Shown here piece by piece: positions 58,840 through 64,000 of a stretch of 64,000 nucleotides of DNA. The stretch lies in the NCBI GenBank assembly GCA_963702435.1, contig CAVPCR010000001.1:288001-352000 (forward strand), written 5' to 3'. Under the pieces are notes generated by a model. The model searched no databases. It worked only from the letters and a program-made list of their open reading frames with translations, and had not been told where the DNA came from. The translations under genes and the position numbers were made by a program. This DNA comes from Candidatus Eiseniibacteriota bacterium. Its GTDB lineage: Bacteria; Eisenbacteria; RBG-16-71-46; CAVPCR01. Position 1 is the stretch's first letter; each line of letters opens with the position of its first letter.

Positions 58840-59856
58840 CTATCTCAGTACGACAAGCCGGCTCACGGCGGCGTCCGCCCCTGCTTCCAGGCGCAGGAAA
58901 TAGACCCCGCTTCCGACCCGCGCACCCGGCCGCCAGTCGAGCGCGTGCTCTCCCGCCCGGCGCGCGTCATCGATGAGAACCGCCACCTCGCGGCCGGTCA
59001 CGTCATAAACGGCCAGGCGCACGCGGGCGGGGGCGGGCAGCTCGAAGCGCACGGTCGTCGCGAGACTGAAGGGATTCGGATCGCTCTCGTGCAGCACGAC
59101 CGTGGCGAGCCGGGGCGCCGGCAAGGCCGATGGAACGGCCGTCGTCGCCCATGCGTCGAAGAGACCCTGGAGCAGATCGATCGGGTTCTGGGTCGAGCTC
59201 GTGTTGTTGACGTTCAGATCGAGGAAGAAGCTCCCCGGCACGTCGCCCGGGCGCGCCACCCGGATGAAGGCCGAGATGGCAGGCTTGTTGTTCGCCAGGC
59301 ACCGCGTATCCGCGCCGGGCACGTTGGCCGCCTGGAGCGCCGCCATCAGCCGGAAGGAGAGGTGGCCCGGCGTGTTCAGGAAGGCTGTCTCCATGTCGGC
59401 GACGATCTCCGGGCCGAGGAGGATGTTGCCCGCGATCGCGTAGCCCGGACCGGTCAGGTGCCCCTTCCAGCTGGTGCAGTTCACGCCCGTATAGCCCGCG
59501 CTCCGCCCGCCGGCGAGGAGGTCGGCGATCGCGTACTGCCGGATCGTGGGATTGCCCTGGGCGTCGTTGGCCACCAGCCAGTTGATGATCTCCTGCGGCG
59601 ACCAGCCCTGATTCATCAGATTGCGGGCGTTCTGCTGGTTCTGGGAGTTCCAGTAGGCCTGCGTGTGGATGACGCCCACGCCCGGATGCACGTCGCTGAG
59701 GATGATGGAGCCGGAGATGCACGAGGCGCCGGCGCTGCCCACCTCGCCGGTTTCGAGGTCCACGGCGGCGATCGAAAACGTGGCGAGGGCCGCGGGGGCG
59801 GAGAGCAGCAGGCAGGCGGCCGGAACGAGGACGGAGAGGAGAGCGTCTGCTTTCAT
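58840..59856 (-). CDS. DUF1028 (Ntn-hydrolase-like) secreted protein with FlgD-Ig/sorting domain
   Basis: Signal peptide, then TFSIAAVD..TGEVG, TQA, RQY, GNIL.G; PNPF...GVYFLRL tail. Confidence 0.88.
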   Translation of the reverse strand: MKADALLSVLVPAACLLLSAPAALATFSIAAVDLETGEVGSAGASCISGSIILSDVHPGVGVIHTQAYWNSQNQQNARNLMNQGWSPQEIINWLVANDAQGNPTIRQYAIADLLAGGRSAGYTGVNCTSWKGHLTGPGYAIAGNILLGPEIVADMETAFLNTPGHLSFRLMAALQAANVPGADTRCLANNKPAISAFIRVARPGDVPGSFFLDLNVNNTSSTQNPIDLLQGLFDAWATTAVPSALPAPRLATVVLHESDPNPFSLATTVRFELPAPARVRLAVYDVTGREVAVLIDDARRAGEHALDWRPGARVGSGVYFLRLEAGADAAVSRLVVLR

Positions 59857-60126
59857 GGCGACCTCCGGACCGTGCCGGCGCCGAGAGCGGGCTGCCCCCG
59901 GGCACGGCTTTCCTCAACGTTACGCTCCATCGGGAAGGGGGACAAGGCGCCGGGCCACCCGCCGTTTCGACCTGACGGTTCGAGACGTCGGACATGTCGC
60001 GCGGCGGCGGCCGGCTGGCGCGTTGCCCGGCCGGGCGCTAGTCTTGCGTGCCGGGGAGCTGTGCAGGGGGCGCGGCGCTCTTGCGCGGGGGTCGCAGCTC
60101 GGCCTCGAGGCCGGTGGAGGAAAGCC

Positions 60127-61335
60127 ATGCGCGAGGAGGACCGTCACTACCCGTTCGCCGCTGTCGTCGGCCAGGACGTGCTCAAGACCGTCTATCTGGC
60201 CAACGTCGTCGACCCGCGCATCGGGGGCCTCCTCATCAGCGGGGCCAAGGGCACCGGCAAGAGCATGATGGTGCACTCGCTCGCCGGGATCCTGCCCGAG
60301 TACGCCGCAGTGGCCGGATGTCCCTTCCAGTGCGATCCCGCGCGGCCCGATCGGGTCTGCTCCCTCTGCCGCGAGCGACAGGAGCTTCCGGCCACGACAG
60401 CGCGGATGCGGATCATCACCCTCCCCCTCTCCTGCACCGAGGACCGGCTGATCGGGAGTCTCGACATCGAGGTCCTCCTCAGGGAGGGGAAGCGGACCGT
60501 GCAGCCCGGCGTCCTCGGCGAGGCCAACCGCAACCTCCTCTACGTCGACGAGGTCAACCTGCTCCCCGACCATCTGGTCGACGACATCCTCGACGCCGCG
60601 GCGAGCCACTGGAGCCGGATCGAGCGGGAGGGCGTCTCGGTGTCGCATCCCGCCGAGTTCGTGCTGGTGGGCACGATGAACCCGGAGGAGGGCGACCTGC
60701 GCCCCCAGATCCTCGATCGCTTCCCGCTGTCGGTGAAGGTCGAGACCATCCGCGACCCGGCGCTGCGCGTCGAGATCGTCCGGCGGAACCTCGACTTCGA
60801 GCGCGAACCGGAGGCGTTTCGAGAGCGCTTCGCCGGCGAAACGGAGGCGCTCCGCGCGAGGATCCTCGAGGCCCGCCGGCGCCTGCTCGCGATCGAGCTC
60901 GAGGATGATCTGCTGTTGTGCGTCTCGACGGCGTGCGCCGAGCTCAAGGTGGACGGCCAGCGGCCGGACATCGTGATCATGAAGACGGCGCGCGCCGTGG
61001 CTGCGCTCGACGGACAGCCGCGCATCACCGCCGAGGGAGTCGCGATCGCGGCGGAGTCCGCGCTCGGCCATCGCACGCGGGACGGCGGCCTGCTCGAGCC
61101 GCCGAGCCGCGACGAGATCCGCGACCACTTCGGGCACGCGCTGAGCGGGCGGCCGGGGACGCCGGCGGCAACGAGCCGGCCCGCGACGATCGTGCCGCCG
61201 GCCGCGGCCGGTGGCGGCGGTGCGACTCGCGGCGGCAGCGGGACCGGCGGCGGTGCGAGCGGCGGCGGTGCGAGCGGCGGCGGCGGTACAGGCGGAGGCA
61301 GCGGCACCGGCGGAGGCGCGGCAAAAAAAGCCTGA
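60127..61335 (+). CDS. chlI: ChlI/BchI-type chelatase AAA+ ATPase (zero-frame product of a frameshifted chlD-like gene)
   Basis: YPFAAVVGQD, GAKGTGKS, TEDRLIGSLD, LLYVDEVNLLPDHLVD, GTMNPEEG.LRPQILDRF. Confidence 0.9.
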   Translation: MREEDRHYPFAAVVGQDVLKTVYLANVVDPRIGGLLISGAKGTGKSMMVHSLAGILPEYAAVAGCPFQCDPARPDRVCSLCRERQELPATTARMRIITLPLSCTEDRLIGSLDIEVLLREGKRTVQPGVLGEANRNLLYVDEVNLLPDHLVDDILDAAASHWSRIEREGVSVSHPAEFVLVGTMNPEEGDLRPQILDRFPLSVKVETIRDPALRVEIVRRNLDFEREPEAFRERFAGETEALRARILEARRRLLAIELEDDLLLCVSTACAELKVDGQRPDIVIMKTARAVAALDGQPRITAEGVAIAAESALGHRTRDGGLLEPPSRDEIRDHFGHALSGRPGTPAATSRPATIVPPAAAGGGGATRGGSGTGGGASGGGASGGGGTGGGSGTGGGAAKKA

Positions 61336-62498
61336 CGCTCCGCGCGGGGAGCCTCAGTCCCGCGCCCCGCGAGGGCGCGTTCCGCCGGCTCTTGCGCCGC
61401 CTCGGCATCCTCCGGCGCCTGCCGCTCCTCGTCGGACCGGGCCGGATCCACGATGATCCGGCGGCGGCGGACCGCGATTCCGCGGGGACGAAGCTCGATC
61501 GAGAGCCGGCGCGATTCAGCGTCTTCGATTCGCCGCTCTCGACGCTCGGTAGCTACGGGCGCATCTTCCGGAATCTGCTCCGGAGGTTCCGCCGCGCGCC
61601 GCAGGGATCGCGCCGGAGCCGGCGGCGGCAAGCGATCGAGAATCCGTATGCCGGCCGCAACATCCGGCTCGTGCCCTACGAGCCCGCCGAGAACCTGCTC
61701 GCGCCGCTCCCCACCGTGCTCGAGGCGTTGCGCTCCGGCCGCCGCTTCACGCGCGGACGGCCCTTCGTGCGACGCGCCGATCTTCTCGGCTGGGCGAAGG
61801 CCGAGCGCGAGAGCCTGACCTTGATCCTCCTCGTCGACGTGAGCCGCTCGACGATCGGCTACCTGCGCGTGTTCGCCGAGCTCCTCCGCTCGCTCGCGGG
61901 TCACTTCCAGCGGAACCGCGATCGCATGGGCCTCGTGTCCCTCCAGGGCCGGCAGGCCACCGTGCTCCACCACCCCACGCACAACTACCGGATCGTCACG
62001 CGCCACCTGGCGAGGCTCCGCTTCCGCGGCGAGACGCCGCTCGCCGACGGCCTCCAGAAGACGCTCGCCATGGCCCGGCTCGAACGGTTCAAGAACCCGG
62101 GCTCGCAGAGTCTCGTCGTGCTCCTGAGCGACTGCTTTCCGGAGCCCATTCCGCCCGGCTGGGCCGAGCTCTTCGACACGCCGGCCTACCGCGATGCGCG
62201 AACCGCGGCTTCACTCTACCGGCGGGAGAAGGTCCAGCTCCTCGTGCTGCTCGCCGCGCCCGAACGCGGGCCGAGCTCGCAGGCGCAGGGGCCGAGCCCC
62301 GGCGAGCGGCTGGGCGAAGCGATCGCGGCCGCCGCGGCCGGGCGCCTCATGCGTCTGCCGGGGACCGAGGACGGGCATGTCCCGCGCAGGCAGATCGATC
62401 GCGTGCTCGGGGCGATCGAGGCGATGGTGCGCGAGGGCGGAGTGCGGGCGGGAACCGGCTCCTCCGCCCCGGCGCCCGGCGAGTGGTGGCGCGACTAG
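61329..62498 (+). CDS. chlD: ChlD-like linker plus VWA domain, reached by -1 frameshift from the upstream ORF
   Basis: LLVDVSRS (MIDAS DxSxS), RDRMGLV, GETPLADGL, VLLSD; no convincing own start; frame is -1 relative to chlI across the A7G run. Confidence 0.75.
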   Translation, partial: SLTLRAGSLSPAPREGAFRRLLRRLGILRRLPLLVGPGRIHDDPAAADRDSAGTKLDREPARFSVFDSPLSTLGSYGRIFRNLLRRFRRAPQGSRRSRRRQAIENPYAGRNIRLVPYEPAENLLAPLPTVLEALRSGRRFTRGRPFVRRADLLGWAKAERESLTLILLVDVSRSTIGYLRVFAELLRSLAGHFQRNRDRMGLVSLQGRQATVLHHPTHNYRIVTRHLARLRFRGETPLADGLQKTLAMARLERFKNPGSQSLVVLLSDCFPEPIPPGWAELFDTPAYRDARTAASLYRREKVQLLVLLAAPERGPSSQAQGPSPGERLGEAIAAAAAGRLMRLPGTEDGHVPRRQIDRVLGAIEAMVREGGVRAGTGSSAPAPGEWWRD

Positions 62499-62513
62499 CG
62501 GCCAGAGGCGCGA

Positions 62514-64000
62514 CTAGCGGCCGCGCACGACCTTCCGGATCGCTTCCTCCCCGCCCGCCTCGAGCTTCACGAGGTAGACGCCGCGCGGCAGGCGGGGATC
62601 CGCGCGCCACGTCATCCGCTGCGGGCCGCGCTCGAGCGAACCCGAGTAGAGGCGCGCGATGAGCCGCCCCGCCGGATCGTAGACCGCGAGCGACACGTCA
62701 CTGCGCTCCGGCAGGTCGAAGGCAACGGCCACGGGCCCGGCGGCCGGGCTCGGAAAGACGGTGAGATCGAAGCGCGCCGGCGGCGCGAGGGCCACGGCGG
62801 TCTCCTGCGGGTAGTACTCGAACGCGCCGATGTCGTAGTACCTGACCGGCGGGAACCCGGTATCCGGCACGTACGGCACATCGAAGCGCGGACGCCCGAG
62901 GAAATCATGCTCGGGCATGCTGTCCGAGAAGCCGGCGTCGATGGCGGGCGAGTCGTCGGTCAGGCTGAAGATGTAGCCGGGCGCATCCACGAAGCGCGGA
63001 TCCGCGTTGGAGTTGGGAGGGGAGCCCGGGTAGGCGGGATCGCAGTCGAGGATCGAGCACCACACGGTCACCGTCGAGATCGAGTCGTGATAGACCGGCG
63101 CCGGGGCATTCCAGCCGATCGAGTTGGCCACGTAGACATCGGCTCCCCCGGCCCACGTGTACCGCTCGTAGGCGGAGAACGACGCCGCCCGGCAGTTGTA
63201 GGCGACCGAGTTGAAGACGGTGAGCGCGGAATGGGCGGTGGCGACATAGCCCTCGTTGGCGCCGGAGATCACCGCGTTCTCGACGATCACCGTGAAGTCG
63301 CCCTCCATCCGCCCCGAATTCCGGCTCACCGAGATGCCCTTGTCGTTGACGTTGTAGGCCTCGAAGCTACTGATCCTGACCGCCCCCATGTGGTCCATGT
63401 CGAGACCGTCGTCACGGCCGTCATGAACCACGTTGTTGTGGAAGACGAGCTCGGCCTGGTTCAGGCTGTCGAACTTGTAGGCGTCCTCGTTGCAGTCGAA
63501 GACGCGGTTGTCCACGACCGTCGACCGGCAGTGGTCCCAGCAGTTGACCCCCTGGCGGCCCAGGTGCGTGAGCAGGTTCCGGCGGAAGATCAGATTGCCG
63601 CCCTGGAACTCGGTGGCGTCGACGCCCGAGCGCGTGAGGATGCAGTCCTCGACGATCGTCGTGCCGAGGGCGTTGGAGATGAGCCCCTCGTGCAAGGTGA
63701 CGTAATCCTGACGGCTTCCCCACTCGACCCGGCAGTGGCGGAAGGTCATGGTGGCGAAGAACCCGCAGATGGCGCCCCACCGCGCGCTCGTGTTGCGGGT
63801 GAAGACGATCGTCGAGTCGGGCGTGCCGACGGCCGCCACGGTCGAGTTGTCCACGATGAGCGACTGGTTCGCGTCGAAGCGTACCTCGACGCCCGGGTCG
63901 ATCGTGAGTGTCGCGCCCTCGCGCACATGCACGTTCACGTAGACACAGTAAGGCGACCCGGCGATGTCCCAGGTCGTATCGGTGGTGATCCAGCCGCCGA
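62514..64000 (-). CDS. Secreted right-handed beta-helix protein with FlgD-Ig/sorting domain; 5' end outside the window
   Basis: GATLTIDPGVEVRF, parallel beta-helix repeats, DPRFVD...SPAIDAG...DIGAFEY, VYDPAGR...GVYLVKL. Confidence 0.85.
   Translation of the reverse strand, partial: GGWITTDTTWDIAGSPYCVYVNVHVREGATLTIDPGVEVRFDANQSLIVDNSTVAAVGTPDSTIVFTRNTSARWGAICGFFATMTFRHCRVEWGSRQDYVTLHEGLISNALGTTIVEDCILTRSGVDATEFQGGNLIFRRNLLTHLGRQGVNCWDHCRSTVVDNRVFDCNEDAYKFDSLNQAELVFHNNVVHDGRDDGLDMDHMGAVRISSFEAYNVNDKGISVSRNSGRMEGDFTVIVENAVISGANEGYVATAHSALTVFNSVAYNCRAASFSAYERYTWAGGADVYVANSIGWNAPAPVYHDSISTVTVWCSILDCDPAYPGSPPNSNADPRFVDAPGYIFSLTDDSPAIDAGFSDSMPEHDFLGRPRFDVPYVPDTGFPPVRYYDIGAFEYYPQETAVALAPPARFDLTVFPSPAAGPVAVAFDLPERSDVSLAVYDPAGRLIARLYSGSLERGPQRMTWRADPRLPRGVYLVKLEAGGEEAIRKVVRGR

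Noticed and set aside
62488..62522. 19-bp-period duplication ggcgcgactagcggcc spanning two convergent stop codons
   Set aside because: Real, but most simply a small local duplication with no evidence of function.

Overview
High-GC bacterial window. Many secreted proteins end in an FlgD-Ig/T9SS-like C-terminal domain, there is a gingipain-family protease, and one protein has a 'TWGRIK' tail; together these suggest an FCB-related candidate phylum such as Eisenbacteria or Latescibacteria (inference only). Left to right: a C25 protease (partial), etfBA with a LeuA-type synthase, PQQ-propeller, TPR and GlmU-like genes, a long minus-strand run of small detox/accessory genes, a DUF222-like HNH nuclease, a SUFU protein, an ECF sigma factor with a kinase-less partner, a large FG-GAP protein, comM, about 1.5 kb with no credible CDS, the tol-pal-cpoB operon, rtcB, a group 3d NAD-linked [NiFe]-hydrogenase (hoxFUYHW) with a two-component pair, several secreted enzymes, msrBA and a chlI/chlD chelatase gene. 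Two things stand out. (1) An unannotated, ~600-nt, densely base-paired non-coding RNA at about 31565-32170 has its own sigma70-type promoter, and I cannot assign it to any known RNA class. (2) A -1 frameshift signal in the chelatase gene would give short (ChlI-like) and long (ChlD-like) products. Most long ORFs in the supplied track are antisense shadows of real genes. All family calls come from reading motifs by eye; no searches or folding programs were run.
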